Shown piece by piece: positions 1 through 20,388 of a DNA stretch of 64,000 bases. The translations under genes were made by a program, and so were the position numbers. Source of the stretch: Auanema rhodensis (Eukaryota > Animalia > Nematoda); contig OZ059894.1 in the NCBI GenBank assembly GCA_964057225.1, forward strand, positions 8,742,001 to 8,806,000, written 5' to 3'. A model generated the notes under the pieces. The model was given only the letters and a program-made list of their open reading frames with translations, did no database searches and was not told where the DNA came from. The first letter of the stretch is position 1, and every line of letters begins with the position of its first letter.

Positions 1-434
1 ATATTATGAAAACAAACACACTAATTCGTTTTTTTTGGATATAAACGTCACTATGACAAAAAGCTCAGGTGCTCCAGATGCTTAATCCATGCACACATAC
101 AATTCTACACCATGTATAATACAACTATTTAGTCGTCATAATCTTAATCTCATACTAACGTTACATAAAGAAAACATCTTTTTTGATAATAAATATAATT
201 AAATATATTTATGCTTATATTATATAATTTTATATTTTATTTTTGTTTAATTATTATATAATATGGTATAACTACTTAACCAAAATTCAGCCATGTAATT
301 CACGTGAAAGTATTTTGACGTAATTCACGTGAAACACGTCATTTTCATTTAATATCAATAAAGCCAAATTATCCTGCTGTGTTTCACAAAATATAATAAA
401 TTATGTTTTTGTTTATTAATTTTCTAATTTTCAG

Positions 435-10116
<9,682 letters not shown>

Positions 10117-11746
10117 CTGAACATCAATTATATTATACAATTAATCATAATTCATCTATCTTTTCTATCTATTTCATCATCAAACACAATACTATTTTCA
10201 TTTTCTTTCTAAATTTGAAATCAATTGATGCATACTAGAATCCTTATGGATCTGTTGAAATGTTCATCAATTGTTTTCATGTTTATCTCCTCCTGTAAGT
10301 ATTTTCCTCCATTCGATATGATGTGCCTCTGCACATGACCAGATTAACTCCTTGATAATCATATGGTCATTCAGTTTTTCTCTTTATCATCATCTGAACT
10401 ATCCTGATTTTCTTTGAGGCAGTTTCTCCTTGTAACGAGTACAAGTCATGATATGTACACTGTTTCTTAGATATTTTTCATTATTTCCTTATAATATTTG
10501 CCCTCCCCGCCTCCGATCACTGATCCTGACATCGAGCCCGGTTGACATTCACTAACTAACTTGCTAACACTTTCTCATTTTTTTCCCGTTTTGGTTGATA
10601 CTAATCCAAATTTTTATTTTTCAAGCACTTAATTTGAAAATAATTTTTGATATCAGACCTTATTTCCTTTTTAAAAAAAAATTGAAAATTGTTCCAAACT
10701 ATACCTGCGACTGAAAAAATGTAACCAAACGTTAGTCGAAATATATTATTCTTGAGAATTTTCAAATGAATTTGTTCAAAATGGTAAGAACATGAATAAC
10801 ATAGTCAACTCTTGATGTATCACATTCCAACTGACTGTAAATACGTTAGCATTACCAATCAATGATTGTTTTCAAGCTCTATCTCTTCCCGTCGTCCTCT
10901 TCATCTGAAGTAGAAATATTACATTATCTTCTATCTTCTTATTCATGTATCAATATTATTTTCTAGTTCAAAGTAATTGTACATTCTTCTATGTTCTCTT
11001 CTCTCAAAACTTCTGTGCTGGCTGGAATTACGAAATGATTCTGCTCCCTTGATCATCTGGCACAGTAAGCTTTTTTCTTGCCAATTTGAAAACTGAGCGA
11101 ACAGCCATTTGTGTTTCTCATATCTAATTGTTCAATCGCCAGGCAGTTTTTTAAGGCCTGCATACCTGCTCTTTTAATTAGTTTTTGAGGTTTTCACCAT
11201 TTGATGGTTTCTGAATTCATATAGCTATCTATGTCAATGGCTTTTTCATCAAGTCATTCTTTCTTTCAAGATCATACTATTCATAAATCAAATTATTAAA
11301 GTTTTGTTCTAGTTTATGTTATATATAACATCAAATATATTTGATATAATATATGATATAGTAATACAATTTTACAAACACAAGAAACTGAAAACAAATT
11401 AATTTTGTCGATGACATCGAACATGTAAGCGAGCACAGACGTAAGAACTTTAGGTAAAACATGGTTGCATCGTCTGAGCGTGGATGATTTTCACTCTAGG
11501 TGATTTAAGCACCAAGTCGAATTGACTGTTGGGCACAAGTACTTTAGTTCGGAAACCTCGGAAGCAAATTGCCTGAGGCTTCGAATTGAAAGTTGACCTC
11601 AATGTGAAATATTAGCGTTATTCCAATCTGCTTCATAGCCGCTTAATGCTTCATTGGATGAATTTAATAATTTTATTAATTTGTTTTATTATATATATAG
11701 ATGCATAGGAAATATTAATTTTCGACAAATTTTTATACACTTAATT

Positions 11747-13166
11747 CTACATTTGGTGCTTAGCCAAAGCAAATCCAATCCTAGCGTTCTGAATATCGTA
11801 AACATTGCAATAAGTACGAATGAAAGAATCTCCAAGAATCCAATCAGGTCCTCCAAATGTATTTCCCATTCCGAAGAAGGTAAGAACACACTGAAGTATA
11901 AGAATAAATATTTGATAAGGTATCGTGAATCATCTCACTTTTCCTTTTGGAAGACCCAAGTCCAAAACATACTCCACAGATGGTACATTGTACTTTTGGC
12001 CACCAATGGTGAAGGTGAGATCAGGAAGACTGTTCATCTTTGAGCATGGAACGGTATAAAAATCATTTTCAAAGTCGTAAGAAGCCTTAAGCTGCTTGAC
12101 AATCTGGAAAAATGAGCTTATGTATTGTATCAGTTTTTCTTTCTTACTCCATTCAAAACACCATCGGGGCATCCGATCCAGGAAGTTCCGGTATCAGAGA
12201 TAGCTTGGGTTTTAGTACTGGTAGAGTATGATCCGATGGAGAAAACATCAAGTGTGAATTGCCAGTATGACTTATCCGAAAGAGGTACATAGGTAACATC
12301 CTTTTGACAGTGCTCGAGGTCAAAATCTCCATATGTAATTTGTCCTCCAGCGCCTCCCATGCTGGTATTAAGCTAAATATGGAATGTTCGATTTTATGTT
12401 TCATACTGTCTTCATACCTTTCTATCGAGCCAGACTGTGAAAATTGGCTTGTCCAATTTTCCAACGAGGTTCTGCATTGGTGGTACAACGCTATCAACAG
12501 CCAAAGATGGCCATCCAAGACCCATAATACCGTCAACTGGTTGATAACCGAAAACGTCAGCAATAGTTGTAGCAACACCAAATTCTTGAACGTCAATTGT
12601 TAAACCGGCGAAACTGACAACGTCTTTTCCGAGGTAGCCACTGCAGTCTCCAGATCCGTATTCAATGCTGAATTTGGTGACTTCCTTTTGGAAAGTGCTA
12701 GACTTTGAAGTGTCGAATTTATCCTTTTTGTATTGAGATTGTGCATATCCATTACAAGCGTCTGTATTGCAGTTGTTGTCAATGACCCAGAGGTTAGATG
12801 ATCCGGTATCAGGAACAATAGTGAAGCTTTGAGCTGGAAATCAAATGCTTATACAGAAAATGCTCATTTAAATCTTACGAGGAGTTCCGATTGTAATGTT
12901 TGAAAGATAGAAGTCGTCATAATAATCGAGAATGGGTTGCTTTCCACTAGCCAATACAGAAATTCGTTGTTTATGAAGGAAAGACAAATACTCTTGATAT
13001 TTCTCACTTCCTTGCCTTAATTAAATTTTTAAAATTTGTCTAATTTGAAGCAAAATGTTCACTTCAAAAGCTTGGCTCTAAGGGAACCAGCATTTATGGT
13101 CTTCATCTTGTGAACAGCAGCATGAAGAACCGCAATGCATACGGCTAATAAAATGAGAAACCTCAT
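11747..13166 (-). CDS. Secreted aspartic protease, peptidase A1 (pepsin) family, nematode asp-type
   Basis: Signal peptide MRFLILLAVCIAVLHAA. Two catalytic motifs, VPDTGSSNLWV and AISDTGTSWIG. Also flap IEYGSG, SYWQF and WILGDSFIRTYCNVYD...RIGFA. Six exons with GT-AG introns. Confidence 0.95.
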
Positions 13167-13762
13167 TCTAAAAATATAAACTTCAGAAGAATAATTAAAA
13201 CAAAAAAATTTAATATCTAAAGAAATTTTGATAATTGATGGGGAAAATGCTTCTTGCTGGCCACTTAATTGCTATGAGCAAGGTTTGTGTGACGATCTTC
13301 AATTATTATATAATTTCGTTATCAATCTCGAGTAAGATAATTCTTATCGGTCAATAATCCACATAAACGTAATGGGGCGTTAAGAAAGTAAGTTTTAGAA
13401 GTCTTATCATCCATTAACCTATATGAAACTCAGGACGAACTTTATGTTGACTTAAGCTGAAGATGAGGAACAAATATTCAAATTATTTATAAACGCGTAG
13501 GTGATTCCAATGAGTCACAGTTGCGATTAGAACAGTTCTAATTATAGTCAAAATTAAGTAAAACGTGTTCATCAGTTGCAATGCTGGCACATTTTTTTTT
13601 GGAGAGATTGTAGCGTTTGTGATGTGTTTCCTTATTTTATCAGAATTGAATGGGAAATTAGCTGGCCGGTCATGTGAGAATTAACTGATAATTTTCTTAT
13701 ATCAAATGTTAAAAAGCTTCACGTGTCTCCTGTGCTAAACGTGGAGGCATCACAGATGCGTC

Positions 13763-13834
13763 TGTACGGGCCTGGATATGAACTCGTGACCCCTCGCTTA
13801 AAAAATGGGAAGCATACCACTAGACCAAAGAAAC
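13763..13834 (-). pseudogene. Decayed tRNA-Pro-like pseudogene
   Basis: The reverse complement (...TGGTCTAGTGGTATGCTTCCCATTTTTTAAGCGAGGGGTCACGAGTTCATATCCAGG...) is colinear with the intact tRNA-Pro copies and keeps A-box and B-box remnants. The acceptor stem and anticodon arm are destroyed, and there is an internal T6 run. Confidence 0.75.
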
Positions 13835-14525
13835 ACATATCGAACTCTTGGTGGCTCAGAAACTGTTTTTTCGGTTTGGCCTATCAAAGCTTCGAAGTGA
13901 GTTATTTCTCTGTTTCAAAGAATATAATGGCAGTAATTTTAAAATAAAAAATATTTTAAAATACATTATATGCTACTGAAGGTACGAGAATATTAATAAA
14001 AATCTTGTGATTGTGATTAAGTTCAAATCAGAAAAGATATTTAAATTTTGTTAAAACACATTTTTATCAATGATTCTAATTTTCTAATTGATAAACTGAA
14101 GTACTAACCGGAACAATTGTAATAAAATTATAAATTGATTTGTTTATCATTGTTAAACTAAAATAACTTTTCTTCATGTAGAAGTTCTTAGAGAGAAAAA
14201 CAGTTTGCAGCAAAATTGTTGTTGGAATTATTAATCTCATCGAATGGAAAGTTATGTTTTCCATTTTAAACTAAAAATAACAATTTAGAATTTAATCATT
14301 GTAAAACTAATCATTGATGACGAATAATATAATCGTATTATCTTCAAAAACTTACAGTTCTTTCCAAATTCAAATTATAAATAAAGACTTTTCCGTTTTA
14401 AATATAATGTTCAGTACAATGTAAAATAAAATGAAATGTTATCCAATTATTCACTTAATTTAATTAAAATAAATTATTTTATTTAGTTGGATCACAGTAG
14501 TAAGAAGGAAGTTGGCACTGATATT

Positions 14526-14586
14526 GGCCGATCTACCTCATAGCATCAGTTTCGAGAGGATCCGGGTTCAAACCCCGGCTCGACCC
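14526..14586 (+). pseudogene. Decayed/truncated tRNA-Pro-like pseudogene
   Basis: Starts with GGCCGA. The 3' half, CGAGAGGATCCGGGTTCAAACCCCGGCTCGACCC, matches the tRNA-Pro variable loop and T-arm (B box) and is followed by a T-run. The D-arm and anticodon arm are not recognisable. Confidence 0.65.
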
Positions 14587-14955
14587 ATTTTTTTTTCTCC
14601 TTGGGTATTCAATTAATTTTACCTACGGTGATATACCAAATGATGATTGAATGTGCATAACACTAATTCTTTGTTGTTACATACATCTATCGAAGAAGGA
14701 CAGTTCTTTATAGTCATTCGATAATATTATATTTGTGTTAATTGAGTAACAATTCTATGAGTATCTGAACTCTCTAAGCTCACACGGATTTCTTGTTTTG
14801 TTGAGTTATGTTTTCAATATAAAACTAAATAAACTTTTCTCTAATCTTTTTCCATATCTCACATCTCGGATGGGACGGGGTGATTTGACGATTAATTACG
14901 ACTAAGGGATATATCTAATCTTGTTGACCCAATAGGTATTAGAAGAACATCTTGT

Positions 14956-15027
14956 GGCCGAATGGTCTAGGGGTTTGATTCTCGCTTTGGGTGCGAGAGG
15001 TCCCGGGTTCAAATCCCGGTTCGGCCC
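14956..15027 (+). tRNA. tRNA-Pro(TGG), copy 1 (one substitution in the D-arm: GGGGTTTGA vs GGGGTATGA)
   Basis: 72-nt GGCCGAATGGTCTAGGGGT(T)TGATTCTCGCTTTGGGTGCGAGAGGTCCCGGGTTCAAATCCCGGTTCGGCCC. It folds as a cloverleaf with anticodon TGG and has TTTT downstream. Confidence 0.93.
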
Positions 15028-15414
15028 AAACTTTTGTAAAAATCTGTAAAATTACACGATATCTTAAGAACTTGTGTTTATATAGCAAATGAAAAGTAGT
15101 CGAAGTCTAGTTTCTTATTTTTTAATTAACTAAGATCGGTTGACCGTCTTCTATATAAAGTACGCATGAAACATACCTTGTAGGAAAGTAGTAGTTGGCC
15201 TCAGATATGAGAAACTAAACCTCAAGCGAGAGGGTGACAAAGTGAATAAAAATATTAAAAGTGAAAAATTAGAAATAAAAATTTATCAGTTTTGTTTTTC
15301 TACTGTTTTTTATTCTCAATTCTTCAGTTGTAAATTTGTCCCATTTAAAAGTTGATTGATTCTGGATGGTTCAAGCTCACGTCCGTTTAGAAATTGAAGT
15401 TTTTGTTGCAATCG

Positions 15415-16040
15415 TCGCGCGAAGGCTTACACTATTTCTTATATAAGACGCGCATTCTTGTGAAATAACCTTTTTTGGTCCTATACAAAGTTTTAAAATT
15501 ACAAGATTTTAATATTTTGAAGTTGACTGAGTGGTCCCACCTAGTAAACCCAGCGAAGCAGAAGATACGTTAAAATTGAGCGCGTTCTGTGGATTCACTA
15601 AGGCAAGAGAAGTCTGGGGAAATGAGTGCGAGAAGCCTGGGTATCCAATCTTGTTCATGACTGAAAGGGCAAACTACACAGATCACTGTGTCGTGCCTCA
15701 CGCCTTTTCGAGAGATGAGAACTTGGCCCCAGCCAGGTCACACGTAGGTATAGATTCGTGCATGAACCCGATTGAGCTACTCTTCGACTAGAGACCCGCT
15801 GCATGATGGCCCGCTGATAGTAAATTCTAATCATGTTATAAAATAAAAAATAAAAATAAATCCACAGAAGGCGTTTGATTTTAACGTATCTTCTGCTTCG
15901 CTGAGTTTACTAGGTGGGACCAATCAATCAACTTCAAAATATTACAATCTTGTAATTTTTAAAACTTTGTATAGGACCAAAAAAGGCTATTTCACAAGAA
16001 TGCGCGTCTTATATAAGAAATAGTGTACGCCTCGGCGCGA
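15415..16040. mobile_element. Non-autonomous foldback/MITE-like element with ~180 bp terminal inverted repeats and a ~263 bp GC-richer spacer
   Basis: 15415-15595 is a near-perfect reverse complement of 15859-16040 (e.g. cactatttcttatataagacgcgcattcttgtgaaata / tatttcacaagaatgcgcgtcttatataagaaatagtg). There is no transposase ORF and no unambiguous target-site duplication. Confidence 0.8.
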
Positions 16041-16149
16041 TGTCTCGAGAAAGTCTGGTATTGTTTCTTACGGGCATCTTCATAATTAATTTCGCCTAAG
16101 GGATATATCGAATCTTGTTGACCCAAATGTTATTATACTAACATCTCGT

Positions 16150-16221
16150 GGCCGAATGGTCTAGGGGTATGATTCTCGCTTTGGGTGCGAGAGGTCCCGG
16201 GTTCAAATCCCGGTTCGGCCC
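16150..16221 (+). tRNA. tRNA-Pro(TGG), copy 2
   Basis: Canonical 72-nt tRNA-Pro sequence with A and B boxes, anticodon TGG and a TTTTT terminator. Confidence 0.97.
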
Positions 16222-16350
16222 AAATTTTTGTAAAAATCTGTGTACTTTGAACCGTGGCTGCCGGATCGGACGATGTGATTTTACGATTAATTTCGTCTAA
16301 GGGATATATCTAATCTTGTTGACCCATTAGGTATTAAACTAATATCTTGT

Positions 16351-16422
16351 GGCCGAATGGTCTAGGGGTATGATTCTCGCTTTGGGTGCGAGAGGTCCCG
16401 GGTTCAAATCCCGGTTCGGCCC
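16351..16422 (+). tRNA. tRNA-Pro(TGG), copy 3
   Basis: Identical to copy 2, with a TTTTT terminator. Confidence 0.97.
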
Positions 16423-17074
16423 AAAACTTTTTGAAGTTGTTCGATTAAACCATATATCTAATTTTGTTGATCGAATAAGTATTAAGGAAATTGTTCGTCC
16501 TTCTTGTTTTCAGGTGTGAGAAATCTTTTTCAGTGTTCTGAAGATGCCGTACAAATTAATACGCTATTTTTAACAATATTTTTCAAAAAAAAGGTTTGTC
16601 AATCATAATCTCCAACTGAGATGATTCTACAACGTTAAAGAAGCAGTCTGAGGTTGTAAGGAGTAAAACAATTTTATATCCCTTTTACTCTTGAATACTT
16701 CTTACAATTGTATAGTAAATAAATTTTACTTGCTCTCATTTATTTAGAGTCTTTAAGACACTGTGAACTTTCCTACGAATTTTTTTGATAAATCAATCAC
16801 ATTCTGGAGTAATCACTAAAGAATCTTAAGATAAAATTTCTAAATTTGAATATTTTCAACAAAACATTTTCAAAGAGATGGGCCTGCTCGTTCAACTCTA
16901 CAAAAATAATTAATTTTTGTTAAATACGTAATTTTGCGTTATTATATTTATTCAATACTTTTATTACGTACGCTTTAAAATTTATTTCAGCTTCACTTCA
17001 AAACGTGTGTTATTAATCTTATATTTCTTTTATAGGTTGAAATCAGTGGTTAATTAGGTATTCATATTTTTAAA

Positions 17075-18284
17075 ATGGTAATAAACACTTTTATGTACTT
17101 GGCAATTTTTTACTTCAGACAACTGATGCAGAAAATGAATTAGAAAAACAGTATAAGGAGTATAAAATACAATTCGAACAGTGGAAAGAAAAAAATAAGT
17201 AAGTATTTTGCTTGTTATAATTTAATATTTTTTTTTAGAAACTCTGTAGGTTCTGAAGCATATAATAATTATGTTCATCAATTTGAAAACTGGGAACGTG
17301 ATGTGGAAAAAAGAAGAAAATCTTTACGTGAAAAGGTCTGTTGTATGTACTGTATGATTAAATTTTTATTTGAAGGCCGAAAGAGATGCGCAAGAAGCTC
17401 GACTGCGAGCTGAAGAAGAAGAAAAAGAACAACGAGCTCAGAAGGCAAGGGAAGGTAAGTTGTTACCTTAATGGTTTATCTATAAAAAAATTTAGCCGAA
17501 GCAGCTGAGGCCTATCGTTTGTCCCAGCAGCAGTATTTGGCGCATCATCAAGCAGCGATTGAATCCGAACAGCGTCAAGCTCCTGTTATGTATCAGGTTT
17601 TGATTAGCATTTAGAATTTGATAATTAATATTGCCGTTCAGCCTCCAATACAAACCTATTATCCACATGTAACAGGTACCTTATCTTTGTTTGTTTTGAT
17701 TTTACTTTTGTTTTAGAAATGAAGCAGGAAGTATTTCGAGATGTATCCACAATAAGTGCCGCAGGTAATGCGAGAACAAATGTATCTTTTAACTTTTTGT
17801 TATTTGTTAAGCAATGCCTCAACAGCAACCTCCCTCACATATGCCGGTCACCACCCCTGATTTGTGGGGTAGTAGTAAAATACCATTTGATGCGAAGGTA
17901 CAATGATAATGCTAATAACATGATTTTTTGTTTTCTGTTGTAGGATCCATTATGCTTGAGATGGGGTCTTCGAGCCGCTCCGCCACATGCCAAGCCTGTG
18001 CTGCGACCAAAGGTATAACTTGTTTGAAGTTATTTAATTATCTTATTATTCATTAGATGCCTGTACCATGCTGGATGTTGATCGAACACTTAAAAGATAG
18101 AAAAAAAATTTTAGCGCCACATCCATCGCTCCCACCTCCACCTATGTTTACTGGACCACCACCACCTTTAGGCCATCCTATGGGCCCCCCACCTATTGTT
18201 CAAACGGGTGTTCCTCCTCCTATGGGTCCACCAAACTTATCAGTTCCTCCACCGATGATTCCTCCATCAATTACAGGGAAGTAG
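17075..18284 (+). CDS. Small (~275 aa) protein with an N-terminal helical segment resembling YLPM1/ZAP3, a charged coiled coil and a proline-rich C-terminus
   Basis: About ten short exons splice in frame: M|[54 protein letters not shown]...[27 protein letters not shown]...[21 protein letters not shown]. The gene structure is well supported. The YLPM1 resemblance is from memory of the QFEQWK..N...Y..Y..QFE pattern only. Confidence 0.7.
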
Positions 18285-18865
18285 TCAATCTGCCTGATAT
18301 ATATTTATATATTTTTTCGGCTACTAATTATATATTTTGCTGTTTTTCATCATCGTTGCTCTGAAAAGTATCTCTTATGGCTTTCATATCTCGTTTTAAT
18401 AACTTGACAAGTTTATGCAAGTTTCTTCTTTATTCATGTTGTATGTGTTGAAAATATTGATTTCATACTATTCGAAAATTGTATTTTAGAACCGTTATTC
18501 TAACACTTAAAGCGGGTTATGCTGTAATAAGTTTTCGTTTGAAATCTTGTCCCAAGAGCAACATTGTTCTTTCGTATGTAAATTATAATCTGGAAAATGT
18601 TTGCTTGTTCCTGGGGCTCCAGAATTTTCGGTCGCAGAGAATAGTGACCCAATCACCTCATTTGGCTTCCCTTTTTATTTTAATGTAAGCTGGGACACCA
18701 TTTTCTCGATTGCTTCTTATATTTTTCCCCGCATAAAACACAAAATGGTTGTGATTTAATTAATCCACTGATAATATATAATTTTTTATTACACCTATGT
18801 TTATGGTTAGATATCTTTTATATATTTTATTCATACATATTTTAAATAGATTACTTAAAAGGCTT

Positions 18866-20048
18866 ATGAAAACAATTCGATATGGTACAAAGTATTTTCC
18901 GCAAACCAAGAAATTAACAATCCCTCCTTTTCAAATAGAGAGGAAATTTCCTTTATATGTAATGTTATGCTTCATATAAGGTTTGAACTTCATGGATTTT
19001 AGCCTGAAAGTAATGCAGATCGTGTACCAACATCGGTATCCAAGGAATTTCCTTCTATTAGTTGTATTCAAACTTGTATGAATGATATGAAAGCTTTGCT
19101 GTTGTGGCAGGAGTAGGTAGCTATCTAGTTTCTATATTCGAATTGATTTACAGAAAAATGATAGCTCAATTGGGTTTAGCAGGGTTTAGAAAAATGAATA
19201 CAGGTTTAAATATATTTATTGATGTTGAATTTATTCTTCTTCAGAGAGATTAGCTGAAGGAACTTCTTTTCACTCATCTGCTCAAAAGCTACTTATGAAC
19301 TTTGCTGAAAACAAACCTCAAGCATTATCAGAAATTTTAGAAAAAGTTTATATTGATATAGTATGTAGTACACAGTAGAGTATTCAGACTCCGACCAAAA
19401 TCCATGGCTATATGCAATCCTTATATCCGTTTATGACTTCGTTAAATCTTAACAAAAATACTACCCTGGCGGAAAAGACAGTTATTCATTCTCCTCTTAA
19501 GTTCAAGGGACGTTTTGATGCTCTTTTTCTATATAAGTTTGTGTCAATATCTCGACTTTTTCAAACTATTTGAATCAGAGATCACTTGTGCATGGTAGAT
19601 TGGAAAACAGCGTCAATTCTTTCCCGAGTGTCGAAAAATATTGATGATTCTCATGATATAAATGGTATTTACATCATGTTTTACATTTAACTTCTTCTTT
19701 TTTGCAGGCTTATATTCTTATCCTAAGCAACTTTCGGCATATGCCGGTGCTTTCAATTCCGATCCAACATTCTTTCATATGGGACAGGTAACAACTCTAA
19801 TTCGAATTCAAAATATAATTTTACTTTTGGCAGGTTAAAAGTGCTGCCATAGTACTAGTTTATAATGATGGTAGAGAATGTAAATGCATAGAAATGAATT
19901 CAGCTCAGTTATTGGTATGGTTGCTTTAATCATCAGAAGTTATGACTATTCTGTTTAGGAACATTGGGAACAATTTCATTTACAAGTTGAAAACTTCTGG
20001 AAACGAGTCTATACGGGTGATTCTGTTATAGATTTCGTTTGTAGATAA
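18866..20048 (+). CDS. MGME1: Mitochondrial genome maintenance exonuclease 1 homolog (PD-(D/E)xK, RecB-type nuclease); start codon tentative
   Basis: Spliced protein: FPSISCIQ...LLLWQEKMIAQLGLAGF...EGTSFH...GYMQSL...AEKTVIHSPLKFKGRFDA...LCMVDWKTA...YPKQLSAYAGAFNSDP...AIVLVYNDG...EHWEQF. This is colinear with the motif order of human MGME1 (PSVT, G..FH, G..D, VIDWKT, P.Q..AY). Confidence 0.88.
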
Positions 20049-20388
20049 GAGTAAAGTAGTAAATATAATTTATTAAATGATAAAAATGTACAGTAGCTTT
20101 CTATATATTAATAAGACATGCCAAATACTCGAAAAAAACTATGGTAAACCAGATAAATGTTTGAGCTTATGTTCTAGAACAAATTATTTGATATATGAGA
20201 TATAGTTCGTTTATAAGATGATCAACAAAACATTTAAAATGAAACAATCAGCTTGGAGATACGGAGAATGAGAGGCACTCGGAGTGTAAGTGAAAGAAAA
20301 TGGTTCAATTTGCAAAGACGCGCTCAAACCACCAAACCCAGGCTTGGCAACCGGGTAAGTTGTTCATGAACAAACTCGTAATGTATTT

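Noticed and set aside
11654-12818. Overlapping ORFs 11654-12043(+), 12153-12596(-), 12304-12603(+) and 12600-12818(-)
   Set aside because: These are antisense or alternative-frame shadows of the aspartic protease exons.
15531-15791. 86-aa ORF inside the foldback element as a transposase remnant
   Set aside because: It has no DDE or DNA-binding motif, begins at a GTG within the TIR arm, and has no splice support.
18285-18865. Operon (SL2) linking the YLPM1-like gene and MGME1
   Set aside because: The spacing (~580 bp stop to start) is longer than typical, and the interval has promoter-like CpG-containing sequence. It cannot be supported without SL2 reads.
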